From: Eledone cirrhosa
Taxonomy: Eukaryota
Length of the DNA stretch: 64,000 nucleotides
Assembly (NCBI GenBank): GCA_964016885.1
Contig: OZ024743.1
Location: 27,776,001 to 27,840,000, forward strand
Direction of reading: 5' to 3'
In this document: one piece after another, positions 28,000 through 42,572 of the stretch
How the letters are laid out: every line of letters starts with the position of its first letter
How positions within the stretch are numbered: position 1 is the first letter of the stretch
Program-made: the position numbers and the translations under genes
The notes under the pieces: generated by a model
Told to the model about the DNA's origin: nothing
Seen by the model: only the letters and a program-made list of their open reading frames with translations
Database searches by the model: none

Positions 28000-30127
28000 C
28001 AACAGACTTTTATAGAAGATTAACGAGAAATGCTCTCTGGTCACATTGCCCAACAACATTCCAGATGTTAGAAACCCAGTCTTGTCTTCGCTTGACTCAA
28101 GACTGCAGCTCAGTGAAAGAAACTAGAGACGACCTGATTGATAAAGGGCGACCACGACTGTTCACCGTTTAGAAAGATTAGTAACCGTTGTAGCTTTAGT
28201 ACAAGCCTGCGAGTCAATATCCACTGAATGTCTACGCGCAAAGTATGTTGGCAGCAGAGAGAGTATCGGAGCAGTAGAAGCAGTAGAAAATATCCCTTAT
28301 ATAACAAGTGAAATAGTATACTTTCCAATCTGGTGAAACATATAGGGCAAAGGAAAACGTAACATTTTACAGTACAAATATCCGCAGTGATGATTCCTGA
28401 GTCAGCACACGCGGAAACCTGGAATGAGGGCATTCTTAACGAACCAAGTCTGTGATTTGTAACGGTTCCGCTAGGTCACCATTATCTCTGAGCTTTGAGC
28501 AGATGCCGCTGGATAGTGTCCACACCAGGTTGCATTGAGGAGATGCGCCGATATTCAACCGTATTGAAAGCTTTCAGTTGATCCATATTGATCAGAGACT
28601 CACCGAAGCAAAGTTTTCTCCCTATCTTCATTCTTATGTATCGTACCTTTGCTCCGACTATGCAACCTTCGTATTTCGCACTGAAGGAAGCTCCAGGACC
28701 ATCTTCACAGTTAGTATGTCGATTTCAATGCCACTCCTGATTTTGTCTTTAACTACCCCCTTCTAATTTTTATCCTAAAGTATATTGATTCTACTCTAAT
28801 CTCTCTCTTAATTCTACTCTAATCTCTCTCTTGCGCACCACCACAAATAGTTAACGATTCACTCTGTTAACTGGTGTTTGAAACATGTGCTAATCCTGAC
28901 GATGCAGACTCTCCTCGCTAGAAACGGCACATTAAGTATCCAGTAACTGTATCCCTATCTATGTAGGTTGCCCATGTAGATCATACATTTATGGTCTCAG
29001 TATGCGACCGTTTTGAATCGTTGACACTCTGTGTCAACCTTATCTTCTAGCCCAGGGGTCTAAAACAGGAAGCTCGCAAACTAATTTCTATGGGGCAAAA
29101 CAAAAACTATTTCATGACTAAATAAAGAAAGTTTTAAACGGAAAATATGTCCCCCAACATTTTGTATTAATTTTGATACCCACTTACTATCATATGCCCA
29201 TACATTTAGAGGGGAAAATTAAATAGCAGCCTAGGAACTATATTGCAGATTAGCATTATAACTGGTCAGAATCACGCTCTAGACACAACATCTCAGTTTT
29301 GCTTCCCTGTGCCTCTTCCCCTGGGCGTAATGGCCTTTTTAAGCCTTGTAGTGACCTATCTGCTAGCCTGATAAATAAATATCTATATATGATGTAGATA
29401 ACACTATGCGATCGCATTATGTGCACACCGACGCATTCGGGAAATCTTGTCGTTGCTTGCTAGACATTTTGAATCATTTCATCAAGTTTTTTTAGCGGCT
29501 GTACTTCCTCTTCTACCAGCTACTTCCACACAGTCCTTTTCTTCAACCAAGATGCCGTTCCAGTCACCCGCTAATAGTAAAAGAAATAAAATGTTCCAAG
29601 GAAGCCTTCCAGACGCCTGAATACATTCAGCAGTCCTAATCCTGACTGGGCATAGACGTCGACCAGTCTGAAAGCTCAAGCTTCGCTACTGTTCACTTTC
29701 AGAATCACCAGCTTAATGTTCGGATCCAAGAAGACCATCCGTACCTTGATTTTCAGATGTTTCTGAAACAACACTGTCACTCCAACTCTCATTGCAGACC
29801 AAGAGATGCGTAGATCTCAAGATGGTAAAAAATAAGTGCTAGCGCATGTGTGTATCGAAAACCATTGTTCGACTGACGCCTGTCGAAAATAGTGCTAGAG
29901 GCCTGAAAGAGTCGGGTGCAAAATGGCCGTGGTAGTGGTGCTGCAAATATATCTGTGTTTGGTGTGTTTGTGGTTTCAGTGTTTAATAGTGCATATATTG
30001 CACTGAGAGAAAATTTTGTCTTTTTTGTTTGTGTTTTGAGTTCACCTCCACCTCCTCGTGGGACAAGGAGGTTTCCCTGTAGGAAACACATTTGACTCCG
30101 ATGAGAGTGAGAGTGCGTTTGTGCATT

Positions 30128-30215
<88 letters not shown>

Positions 30216-30950
30216 GTGTTTGTGTGTGTTTCGAAGCAGGAAAGGGAGGGTTGAGGGAGATCTCTGGTGGCAGAATCCCTTGGCCGTTTTGTTGATTTGT
30301 TACTTCTTTTTTATGTTGGGACAGCTGCTGCTGTCGGTGTTGTAGGCACCTTTGTTATTGTTTTTACTATTGTTGCTCTAGTTCTCAATGCTACTGCCAT
30401 TGCCGTTGGTTTTACTGCTACCACCGTGCCTGCTATTTCTGTTGTTGTTGCTGTTGGTCCGGTTGTTAAAGCTGAAGCGTTCTGCAGTTCTGTTCTTTAT
30501 GAGGGCCAAAATCTCTCAAAATTAAACCGAGAGATTTTCTGCTCTCAATTGCGACATGATTTTATATCCAATCTGATTCCATGCCAGTTCTCCCTCCATG
30601 TTCCGTTTACTTGCAGGAGGGTGCCATTTCTCTTGAGAACGACGCATGCCAGGATCCACATGGCGCCCGACTGCGGCGAGACGCCCGACATTTTAAATAT
30701 TACCGTTCTTCTTCGTAAATGAGAGGGGAAAGCATAGTTTTCGTTACGACAGGAGACCACTGAATGCTTATTGGTGAGAGTTTCACTTTTGAAAACCACT
30801 TTCATGTCCCAAACTTCTTTGCTCTTACGACAAATTCAGTATCCATGTTCTTTCTAATGTTCTCTCTATTTGCACTTGTGATGCTATTTCTGGGTGTTTT
30901 GTTTTTGTTGAAATGCAGCGATGTACCAGCGACATTTTGGCAGTTGTTGT
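28000..30950 (-). mobile_element. Heavily decayed retroelement-like fragments (possibly LINE ORF1/ORF2)
   Basis: GC-elevated patches with broken minus-strand ORFs (e.g. 30545..30805). No diagnostic motif could be confirmed. Confidence 0.3.
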
Positions 30951-31510
30951 CAACACTTCGGATTGCCGTCTAACTGATTAATTTGGCCACTTTTGCCAAA
31001 TATAAGTCTTTATTTAACAAGGACATTTTAAACAGCTATACTGCTATTGTATCTGGGCCAACAATGAATATGGAGATTGTAATTATTATGATGGTAGTAC
31101 TAGTAGTAGCAGTAATAGTAGTGGGAGTAGAGGTGGTGGTTATCGGTGGTGTTGAATGTGGTGTTGTTAATGGAGTTCGTGCTGGTGGTAATGGTAGTAA
31201 TATCTATGACGCTAAGGAGCCGCTAGTCCTCAGTTCTATCGCTTTAGAAGATTAAAAATGTTTAAGTGTAAAAACATTATTGACTTAATAGATGATGGAT
31301 GACATCCAAATTAAAAATTTGTGCGTCCAAAGGCAAATGAGCATAATTATAGGCGATCACTAGCATAGTTTTAAACGCATTCGCTCGACATCTTGGAAAT
31401 GCCTGTTTCGATTCCTTGCATGCACTTTTGTCCACATTCTGCCGTCAGCACGGGTACTTTACTTGATTTATTTAACTATTATTTATATCAATCGACTGTT
31501 ATTAAGGTCG

Positions 31511-31629
<119 letters not shown>

Positions 31630-32066
31630 AAAGTTTTATTTAAAATTGGTGGGTTACAACGAGTAAATATTTTATAACTGATATAAAAGCACTCAACAAG
31701 TTTTGGAGTAGGTTTACGATATTAAACAAATGGAAACTATATTTATAAAACCATATTTATTTCATTATATATATTTCAGGGATATCATATTAAAAATATG
31801 GTATGCCTTCCTCAGACAAAATACAATATATAAACCGTTTTATAAATAAATTTGACATACCTTAAACAATGCAACTTCCATTTAAAAAGTTGATTTTTTT
31901 AAATGGAAGTTGCATTGTTTAAGGTATGTCAAATTTATTTATAAAACGGTTTATATATTGTATTTTGTCTGAGGATGGCATACCATATTTTTAATATGAT
32001 ATCCCTGAAATATATATAATGAAATAAATATGGTTTTATAAATATAGTTTCCATTTGTTTAATATC

Positions 32067-32069
<3 letters not shown>
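31630..32069. mobile_element. Family C fold-back element with 174-bp near-perfect arms
   Basis: 31715-31888 pairs with 31896-32069 (7-nt loop). Unpaired tail 31630-31714. (TA)n on both sides. Confidence 0.88.
31961..32026 (+). ncRNA. Hammerhead motif (family C); mirror copy at 31758-31823 on minus
   Basis: tattttgt CTGAGGA tggcataccatatt-ttt-aatatgatatccct GAAA tatata TA atgaaata. Confidence 0.75.
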
Positions 32070-32107
<38 letters not shown>

Positions 32108-32760
32108 AGTATGTATGTATACGTACATACATATATGTATACAGACGTACAGTAGCATGCATATATATATATATATATATACATACAGGTACACATACAT
32201 ATATGCACGCATCAGTTTAGCGGACGCTTATTATAACGCCGCTTTGTTCGTTTGTCAACAAACTGAACAGCCTGAATTTATGCCATACGGTGTTAAGGCA
32301 ACCACGTCACCTTTTTGTTCAACACTGACACAGGAACGATGTACTAGTTTCAAGCTTGTTAGCTATCATCAGCACCGTTTACCCATCTGCCAGATAGTTG
32401 AACGTTCGAAAGTATATACTTTCCTTATGAAAATTAACGGCTGAGCAGCCTAATTTGCATATTGAGTGAGTTAAATCGGTCAGGCATACCGAAAACGATA
32501 AGTTGAAAAAAATGAAAACGAAATTTCATTTCTCACACTTAGTATGGCACTTACTTAAATGTAAGTATGTGTGTATACGTACATACATATATGTATACAG
32601 ACGTACAGACACTTTATTTCACGTTGCTCCTTCTACCTGGAGTTGCAACCGATAGATAGTATTACCAATTGGAAAGACCAACGGAAACATTGTTCCCTCG
32701 GTCCGATTTGACGAAAGTCGATCGTCTTTTTCTTATATATATATATATATATATATATAT

Positions 32761-32831
32761 GGCTATCATTGAAATATATATAGCAGTAAATAAAGGATTA
32801 TGAGTTCAAATAAAGGATTATGTTTCGTCAC
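32761..32831 (+). mobile_element. Small TA-flanked fragment with hammerhead 3' half
   Basis: catt GAAA tatata TA gcag resembles families C and F. Confidence 0.45.
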
Positions 32832-35800
32832 TATATATATAAATGTGTATGTGAGTGTGGGTGTATAATAGTTCTATACTCGTGCAAGGAAACGACACTA
32901 AAAATATTCATGGTACAGATCGAAATCCTTTGTCAACAAGATTATACGATTAAAATTGACTGCACGGCGATTTGAAGGAGTCAATCATTTTAAGCAGGTT
33001 ATACTATTTAAACTTGGGGCTGTTCGATGGACGATTGTTTCTTGTTAAAAGTGAGCAGAAGCCAAAATACTGCTATTCCAATGACCACACACCGTTCAAG
33101 ATGTCAAATTCTACGTGAACCATAAGGCGAAATCACCCACAAACTTTCCCATTAATCCTTCGACAGTTACATTTACATTTTACTACATTTCTGGTATTCT
33201 GATTGTATTTTAAGGAAACTTCCTGCAGTATGGTGTCCTGATAAATTCTATATTTAATATTGCAGTCAATACAAGCATATAATACTAATACGAATTCTCA
33301 TTTTTCAAGTTCTTGTACTGTATTCTGGTCTCTCATTTTCGATATACACACGTATTCCTATGTTCAATTATAACCGTGTGTGTATTTACAAAATAAATAT
33401 ATATATTGTAGTGTCAACGTATCGGGTTTATTGCAATACATTATCTCTATGTTTTGCTTATAACATGATAACGCAATATGTTTTTGTTTCGTATGTTTTA
33501 TAAGTTACACATCAAGATAATATATGTATCAATAATATATTTCTGTCGAATATTTAATGAAGCTTGAAATAGATATTTCAGTCACCACGTGCAGTCGGGT
33601 GATAAGACAGTTTTATAACTTCAAAAGAGAATTCTGTCGTTAAATAAATATGTGTGGTGGTTTATAATACATTTTGTTGCGTATCATAATTCCCTCCATC
33701 CATCACGAACAACTATCTATTATTTTTAACTTGAATGACTGGAATAATTATTTTTTGCCTCTAATCATTTTAAAGAAACTATTGAAAGGAGAAAATCCAA
33801 TTTCGTTATGTCAATAATTATTTAGCTAGATAAGAACATTTTCATTTTCAGAGGTTAGACTACTTGTTAAATGTTACATGGTTATACAGCGCTTATCTAT
33901 TCAGTATGGCTGCATAATTATGAAGTTCTCTTCGCAATCTTTAGGCTCTGGGTTCAATCGTACTGTGTGGTGTTTGGGGCATATGTCATGTACCTTAGCC
34001 TCAATCGACAGATGGCTTGTGAGTGAAATTGGCTAAACAAACAGATGAAAGCCCATCAGATCGACATTCAAATACCCAGTTTTGTTACACATTTTATCAT
34101 GATGAATCACCCCGAGAATACGTTAAAGATACACGTGTCTGTCGAATACTCTGTCACGTACAGGGTAATTTCCGTTTTTGTAAAATATAGTTGACATAAT
34201 ATGTTTATGCATAATTATTAAATAAAAAAAAATTATTAAAAAAATTGTTTAAATAAAGAAAAAAGAAAAAAAAGAATATTTCATGAGTAGGCTGTTCTAT
34301 TGATTGAATAACAGGAATATTCATCGCCGAAATCAAAGGAGGTCCATTTCCGCTCTCTCCATGTCATATCTGAAAAGGAAACTGACATTTCTTTAGTTTT
34401 CCTGTGTTAGTATTCAAGCATATAATTCTTCGGAATATGTTGGCATATTGGTAGAATTAACCAATGGAATGCCTTTCTACTTGCTTTAATCTTAGTTTTA
34501 GTAATACAATATACTACATTTCTTTGTTGTTTGTCGATACCGTTGTTGTTGCTTATCTCTAGGTCAGTTCGGATCAAGCAGAGCTATTTGTCGATCTTAG
34601 TTTCGTAAAAAGAAATCCATTTCTGTGGCATAATCGATATTATTCGCTTCTGAATGTTTATGAATAGTAGCTAAAAGAGTTATGAGATCACATTTAATGT
34701 CCATAAATTAGTAACTTCCTTCTATGATAAATATTTCTTAACCATATTATTGATTGCAAGTATCATAAAATCAACATGTTTTTAACTTATTCATGTAAGC
34801 GTGTTTTCATCCACCATTAAACGGTTAAATATAGTAAATCTTCCTTGAATTTAGATGTAAGCTAAGTTTTCTAATGTGTTTATAGTTTACATAGATCTCT
34901 CATAGATCGTATGCAGCGGTTACACGTGTGGGTAATGACTACGGCTGTAATACTGAGTCATAACTACCATTGTTATAGTCTCTGCTATGTTCTTTGGTGG
35001 GATTGTTCGTTTTTTGTTATTGTTATCTAGCTCAAGACATCTAATGTTTGAACGACTAGTGTGATCCACATGTTCTTTTCCACATTTATAATAGTTTTTC
35101 CTATTTGAAGACCACACTATGTATGCTGTCATACTATAATTACCAATTCTGCTGTTGTGTATCGCTAAAGTGTAGTTATGGTTCTAGTGGATGAGTGTGA
35201 CCGAAACCTTAAGGAGTGTTGATCCTATCCTATTGCGTGGAATCTTAACCAAGTGCCATTTAGTATAACCTCAGGTCGACCTTATGATTGCAATCGGGCA
35301 GACATAAAATATATGGAAGCCCTTTGGAAGTACTCTGCTTGTAATTTAAAGCACTAGCCTTGTCATATACTGCATCATGCTGAATATCATCGAGAGTTAT
35401 TTAAAGGGTATACTGGTCGATGCAATGCTCAGCGTCTTACTCGTAAATTTCATGGGCAGGTTGTACCGTGATCAAAAACATGGAACACTAATCATCGAAA
35501 CCGACGGAAATTCATTCCAATGGAAGCGAATAGGGTGAATATGGTTTGAACATGATAGGTTTTCTTTATCTGCCTTTGAATTTGAGGCATGGCCATATGA
35601 ACTTATTTATGCACATATGTAACATGCGTGCATAGGATGTTACAGTAGTTACTGTTTTCAGGATGTTATAGATGTGTCTATGTGTTCGTGATGATTTACA
35701 TATAGTGTCGGGATAAAGGGGGCTGGAGCTTGTTGCAGTAAGCAATTGTGCAGATGACCTTTCATGTTGAGATTTTATGTTGGGTTGTGTAGATATGTAT

Positions 35801-36210
35801 GTGACATGAATGCAGCATACAATTATGCGGAATGCATTGCGTTGGATCTTTATACAGTTTCAATAGTCCAACTAAAGTCTTGAATGTCGCTACCCCTGTT
35901 ATTTATGCTTTCAAACATCCTGGGTAAATGTTCATCAATGGATATTTGGCAGCGTTTAATCTTTATATATAACAGCGAACACATATTTATATACGATGTA
36001 ATAGTTAGTAATAAATTATCTATTCTAAGATGGAGACAAATATACATACATTCGCATACATATTCATATAATTTCTTATAATACACACACACACACACAA
36101 CCGCGCACACACACACGCACACACACACACACATACACATATATATATATATATATATACATACACACATACACATACATGCATACATACATACACACAC
36201 ACACACACAG

Positions 36211-36368
<158 letters not shown>

Positions 36369-37456
36369 CATGTATCTACACATACACACTGAGACAGGTT
36401 AAAATATATGCGTGTGCATATTTGTGCGCGTGTGACTGTGTGTCTGAGTGTCTGAAGACAGTAAATAAAATGTCTTTTTCATATCTATCTATTGTCAGCC
36501 GTTTTTTGTTGTCATCCAAGAGATTATAATGGATATTCATTGACGAACACTATTTGTCCTTACACATTGAGATCAGTATAGAATTTGTTTTATTCTTTAA
36601 CTGTTATTAACAGCTTATCATGCTCCTAGATTTCAGCAATATTTCATCTATAAGGAGCTACTAAAGAGACTCGTTAAGAAGGCTTGTATATGAAGCTTAT
36701 AATACGATCATTACTTCACCACAAATAGATTTGATAAGATGTTATTTGTGTGTATATATTGGTATGATTGATTTTCTAACGGTCAGTTTGACCTACATAC
36801 TACCAAATTGTATTCTTGACATTGTTTGGTGTACACGAAAGACGCAAAATATTAAGAAATATATAATTTAGAAAGAATAAGCATGAACACTGTTGAAATG
36901 ATTCTTCGGAATGTTGACCTCTGTTTAACAAAATATCAAATTTGATGTCCATTTGTTGACATGACCATACTTTCCATGTGCGTCTAAATATATATACGAG
37001 AGATGATAACACAGTATTTTTATTCCCTTCCAGGTTCGAATGTACTTCACAATTAGAGCAAGGTGCTGTAACACATTTCAGCTATATTTAGAACACTTTT
37101 CACTAATGTTACCTATAATAGACTGAACATGCTGCTAAAGTTTCCTATTTGTTTCTCCCCGTATTTGGGGAGATTTCTTTGACCTACAAAATAATGTTAT
37201 TTCAAATTTTGAAGCATATGTGCCCTGAGAATCATAAATTATCAGTACTATTTGTTCGAAGTGTTATAACTTTAAAATACTCGAAACAAATTGTCACATT
37301 ATTTTCTAGCATAGAGGCACATCCTTAAAGTCAAGGATGTAGACGTTGTAACTTATTTTACTATATACGTGACACTTATTTTATCGTTTAACTTTGCTAG
37401 TTACTGTTTATTTATTTAGTAAGGTCTTCTTAAAGATAGAATTGTCAAACATTAAT

Positions 37457-37548
37457 CTTTGCCTTTCATCCTTACGGGGTCAATAAAATAAAGTACCAGT
37501 AATACACTGGATAATTTCTGGCCTTGTGCCAAAGGTAGAAACAATTAT
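37457..37548 (+). mobile_element. Nin-domain SINE 3' half
   Basis: ctttgcctttcatccttacggggtcaataaaataaagtaccag...ctggccttgtgcc. Confidence 0.8.
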
Positions 37549-38253
37549 TGCTTATGTAAAGTAGAATTCACATATATATATATATTTGGCGTGGCAGTAA
37601 ATGGAGTAAATATAACAGTAAATGAACTTAATATTAGTTGGAATTTGAACTTTCTTGTACGCGTGTGATGTTCTGTATGAATGCTGTATTTTGTCACAGG
37701 CCTATGCATAATTATTTCGCTGTCGTTCTAGCGCAATCCACAAAATATTTGTTCCAGAGAAGAAGAGTGGCAATGATCACCATATAGTCCAAACTTAAAT
37801 GTATGCGATCGCTTGGTGTTCAAGTTATTAAAGCAAGATCTTTGAAAATTCGTTTTCGCTCCATTAGAAGAGGTGGTTGATGAATCGTTGTGCAGGTTTC
37901 GACAATTGCCGAAGGAACGGTTCCAGAAACATGAAATGCTTTGCATAAGCACTGTAAAGATGACATTGCATTCAATGGGGATTATGTTTTGATGAATAAA
38001 TAAAATTTATTTTCAGTATATATATATATAGAAAGTTTCTGAATTTGTTTAGCAAGATTCTTTATCTGAAATCGTGTGTTGAAACCGATATTGTTATACT
38101 TTGGGAGGGTCATGTTGCCAATAAGAAACACACGCACCAGTTGCTTTCACTTCAATTTATTATATATTTATAAATTTATAAATTTACAAATCTACAAATC
38201 TATAAATTTCTGGTTGGTTGGTTGGTTCCACAACCAGATAGTTGTTTATATAT

Positions 38254-38298
38254 AGTCATAGTCCTTTCGTCACACACTCTGTGACCTCTTCAGTGACT
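38254..38298 (-). ncRNA. Type I minimal hammerhead ribozyme motif (family B)
   Basis: Minus strand reads agtca-CTGAAGA-g-gtcaca-gagtg-tgtgac-GAAA-ggac-TA-tgact. Stem I (agtca/tgact) and stem II (gtcaca/tgtgac) are perfect; stem III is minimal. Confidence 0.85.
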
Positions 38299-38502
38299 GG
38301 GGATTCCTTTCTTTGTTTCTGTGCCTTTCCTTTCTTCTGTCCTACGCCATTTTGTTTCTGTGTGTGTGTTGTGTGCTCATTTTTCGCATGCCCCACATCC
38401 GGGTGTCTGTGTGTGTTTGTGTTCATTTATCTATTTGTTTATTTATTTACATGTTATTGGTTGGTTGCTTGTTCTATGTGTGTGTGTGTTTTCGTTTTGT
38501 CC

Positions 38503-40780
38503 TTAATTGTAAGTTGTGATGTTGCTGTTCCACTCATATTTTCTATTTAATTTTGGTTGTAATTCTTTTATGTTTATTGCCTCTGTAATTTGTCTAAACA
38601 TTGCATCTTTTCTGTGTGTAGATTCTATTTTTATTTCTATGTTCTCTAATTTACCCTTGTGTTCTATCTTAGCATGTTGGTAGAGTACAGATGATTCTTT
38701 ATTATCTTGAAGGTCTCGCCAGTGTTCATTTATCCGTTCCCCTATACTACGAGCTGTCTCACCTATGTACACTATATTTTTGTTTCTACATTCTCCTTCA
38801 GTACATCTTATGCTATACACTACATTTCTAGTTTTACAGTTAATATGGGGGATTATTTTACAGGTTATACATTTCTTATCTATACATGAGGGTCTTTGGA
38901 ACGGGTATGTCTTGCTAATAAGTATTTTTACGGAGGTACCTGGTCTTTCTACTATCTTAATATTGAGTTAATGTTTATTTAGGGCCCTTCTAAATTTGTA
39001 GGCTAGTTCGCCTCTAGGGGTTGTATCGATGAACATTACACTCTGGTATTTATTGCTATCATACCATGAGTTTATTCTATTGGCCTTGTTCCTAGTTCTT
39101 TCTATTCTATTCCAAAATTTTCTCCTATACAAGGGGCAGGTCCCATTTATGACATTACTTACCATTTTTTCCCATTTGGTTCTGGCTCCTCTATACACTC
39201 TGATTCTATCTCTCTGATTGTAGCCAGAAAACTGCATACGGTGGATGAAGTGTTGTATGTGTCTCTCTAGTTCTTCGGTGTTGCACATGCGGGACACATT
39301 TCTCATCACCCGTACCAAATCCGCAATCAGTATGTTGATTTTGGTATGGTCCGAAATGGCCGAGTTTCGGTGGATCAGATGTTTGGAAGTCATGGGTTTG
39401 GCATAATGGGAATGGAGGATTTGTTTTTGGTTGTTAATGGTATCTAACCAGAGCTCTGTGTCTAGTACAGGTAATCGATGGTTGGGGTGTCTACTTGGGT
39501 AGTCTATAGTAACTCTAATGCTCTGGTGGATGGAGTTTGCTATTTGCTGGATGCTTTCCATTGTGTTTTTCTCTAGTTCCTGACTGTTCTCTAGTGGGGG
39601 TGTCTTAACTACGATGTTTATATCATCTACGTAGCGGGAGTACATTATCAGGGTTAAGCTGTCTTCTAATTGTTCTTTAAGTTTAAGTTTAAGTCTACTG
39701 TCCCACCATACCATGAATGAGTCAGCTATGTCGCCTGCAATGCTAACACCAATGGCTGCTCCTTTCTCTTGGGCATATGTTTTTCCATTAAATTTGAACA
39801 TATGTTCCTTAAGGGTTAGTTTTATGCTGGCCCCTACCGCATGTGCAATCATTTTCTTCAGTTCATCGTGGTTTTCGGGTGTCCGTATGGCTCTGGTCCA
39901 CCCGTTCCATCTATCTGTGTGGGTTTTCTTGGCCATTGAGGTAATGGTAGGTGGTCTGCCTCTTGCTGGTCTTGTAGGGCACAGGTTGCTAAGGTCATAT
40001 GTGTCTAGGTAACTATTACTATGGGTAAGCTTAAGTAGAAGTCCCAGCTCACCGGTATCAATCCCACGGAACTCAACCTTGCTCTCGCTGATCATTTCTA
40101 CGCATTTCTCCACAGCAAAATCCACGTCAATAGATGGATACAGGGACACAACATCCATACTGCCTATTATGCAGTTTGTTAGGCCCCCAGATCGGTTACT
40201 CACGCCGATTCTGCTGAGGAGGTCCTCCGTGCTGTCACATACATCTGGGGACATCTTAATGATGGGGCGTATGATCAGGGAGAGGAAGTAGGACAGTCTG
40301 TAGTTACTAGCAATGTTAGCTCCACAGACTGGCCGTGTTGGTGGTCCCGCGACAGGGTCACAGCCCGTTTTATGGTCTTTTCGAGGCCCATACAACGCCG
40401 GCACGTCATTGTTCCAGGCCTGGAAGTTGTTGGCAGTCCTTTTGTTGGGCTGCATTATATTCGTCCACATCACCATATGGGCATTGAGGGCTTTTTCTCT
40501 ATCCTCATGCTCCTGTGGTGTTACCTCTCTTGTGTTAGTGATGTGGGGTTGCATTGCCTGGATGTAGTTTGGCAGGCTGTCAACCGACATTCTGCCAGAC
40601 TTGTCTGTTGGAAAGCATGCTATCTCTCCATTACGTGAGCGCTGCATGAGCTTACGCAAGCCATTTGCAGATTTTTCTCCCAGTTGCTGGGCCTCTATTC
40701 TATTATGCTTCTTGCTATACTGTTCTATGATATTTCTAAGTTCGGATCTAGCTATAAGTTCGGATCTAGCTATACTAAAT
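38503..40780 (-). pseudogene. PLE polyprotein (RT-linker-GIY-YIG endonuclease) with one premature TAA
   Basis: ORFs 38968..41007 and 38503..38820 are in the same frame (offset 150 nt), and the codons after the stop match the homologous ORF at 4181..4534. Confidence 0.88.
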
Positions 40781-41400
40781 TGTGCTACTATATATATATA
40801 TGATATATATATATGTGTAAACAAATATAATTCCTCTTTCGATTTGTTTACAAATGTATATCGATTATCATTTGTGTGTGTGTGTATGGATGCATGCACA
40901 TATTTGTGGGCACATATATGCATCCAGATGTGAGAAAAACCACAGACCCTCCATCTCAACTCACCTTTTGAAAAGCAGAAGAACTGCGAAACCGGTAAAG
41001 GAACCAAATAAATACATATATTTTTAAAAAAAATAAGACTCCAGTTGCATTTTCGATTTCACCTTTTTTTCTTTATACTTTCACTCGTGTAGGACACCTC
41101 GGTTATTTTTCATTTTGTAAAAAATACCTCACTTTCTAATATATATATGGATGGTCATATTTGGAGGAACGGCCATTAAATAATAACTTAATAGTTATGT
41201 GAGTAATGTTCTTTTTTCATTTAACACTTTAAATTGTATTTGTTTCTATATGTATATATGTATTAATGTCTAGATAACTTTCTATTTATTTACCACCAGG
41301 GCATATATATGTATTAATGTCTAGATAGTTTCTCAATTGATATATCTCTGTATATCGTATAAAATTATATATGATATATATATATATATATATATGTATA

Positions 41401-41474
41401 AAACGAAGGAGTTGTGGTAAGGAACCAGATGGACCAATACGCACCACCTCTGCCGGTCGTGGTCATACATTTTC

Positions 41475-41477
<3 letters not shown>
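41401..41477. mobile_element. Family A minimal copy
   Basis: aacgaaggagttgtggtaaggaaccagatggacc plus inverted ggtcatacattttccta, within (TA)n. Confidence 0.7.
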
Positions 41478-41507
<30 letters not shown>

Positions 41508-42385
41508 AAACATATATATATATATATCTAAGACTTTGTCTAGTTTATGTATATGTAAATCTTTATATATATATATATATATATAGTTAAGACATCATCG
41601 ACACGACACATTGAACTTTAAAAGGCTATGAATATGCTGAATGGTGTTAATGATGAAGAACAGACTAGGTCTGATTGGACAGGACTTACCATGACAGATG
41701 TATCAACTGAGATCACCTCACCTTTACTTTTCACTGAAACAGTGTAACCAGGACTACATTATGAAATGTGTCTTTACCCTTCTACTTTTAAGAGTATAGA
41801 TGTGAGTTGAGAGATACCTGGTTGCTGTTTGTAGCAGGTTAAACAACACCGTATGTGTACATAGCAGTGTGTGTGTGTGTGCACGTGCGCTCGCGCGTGT
41901 GTGTGTGTGTTATGTATGTGCGTATTTTATTGTGGTTTGTCGCTTAAAGTAAGACAGAAGGCCACAAAACAAATTTAGTAGTCTCTAATTGTTTGTATGA
42001 CGACTAACCATATTTCATTCTTTAAACATTATTTATTTATTTAAGCATCCATTCCCTTTTTGTCTTGCTTTTTGTCTTGCTTATAAAACTTATTTTCAAT
42101 GCAGTAAATCTTTCTGATTTAACTAATTCCATTCACTATATTAGTTCAAATTGTTATTCAGTGTTTTGCATAATAAAAGCTCAATGACACAGACAAAGTC
42201 TGATGAAATATTGATCTGGAAATCACTTAACTTTGCACATTTTATTATTCTCGTATATAATATAAAGAGAAAGAATAAATAAGAAACACAATTATAAAAG
42301 TAGAAATAAATTACAATTTGTTTGACTCACGCAAATATCATAACCATGATTAATTCTATTTATTTCTGTGATAAGATTATCTCTC

Positions 42386-42469
<84 letters not shown>

Positions 42470-42528
42470 ACTCTCTCCCCCTCCCTCCGCCACATATATA
42501 TATATATACATATAAATTTATATATATA

Positions 42529-42569
<41 letters not shown>

Positions 42570-42572
<3 letters not shown>

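Larger units (their letters stand above)
38031..40790 (-). mobile_element. Penelope-like retroelement (RT + GIY-YIG), 5'-truncated, near intact, family B
   Basis: RT motifs TDKSGR, RKDHK, PTRPVC, GSMDVVSLYPSI, QEKGAAIG, YSRYVDD, LPVLDT. After a single TAA (38968-38970) the same frame continues LNIKIVERPG, a Cys-rich linker and 'VVYSIRC...VYIGETARSIGERINEH' to a stop at 38503. The 3' UTR holds a hammerhead, and both ends abut (TA)n. Confidence 0.93.

Noticed and set aside
31715-32069. Integrated viroid-like or ambisense ribozyme replicon
   Set aside because: The opposite-polarity ribozymes are mirror copies from an inverted duplication, and the same architecture is attached to PLE ORFs elsewhere. 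No independent antisense ribozyme is present.
38968-38970. In-frame stop as possible selenocysteine recoding (reported for some Naiad PLEs)
   Set aside because: The codon is TAA, not TGA, and the related copy at ~4505 has a sense codon there. It is most simply a nonsense mutation.
40791-41007. N-terminal part of the 679-aa ORF
   Set aside because: Read-through into flanking TA/CA microsatellite DNA beyond the element's truncation point.
42190-42225. Isolated CTGATGA matches (also ~9927, ~46724, ~55121)
   Set aside because: No paired stem II followed by GAAA and a matching stem I; expected by chance in AT-rich DNA.
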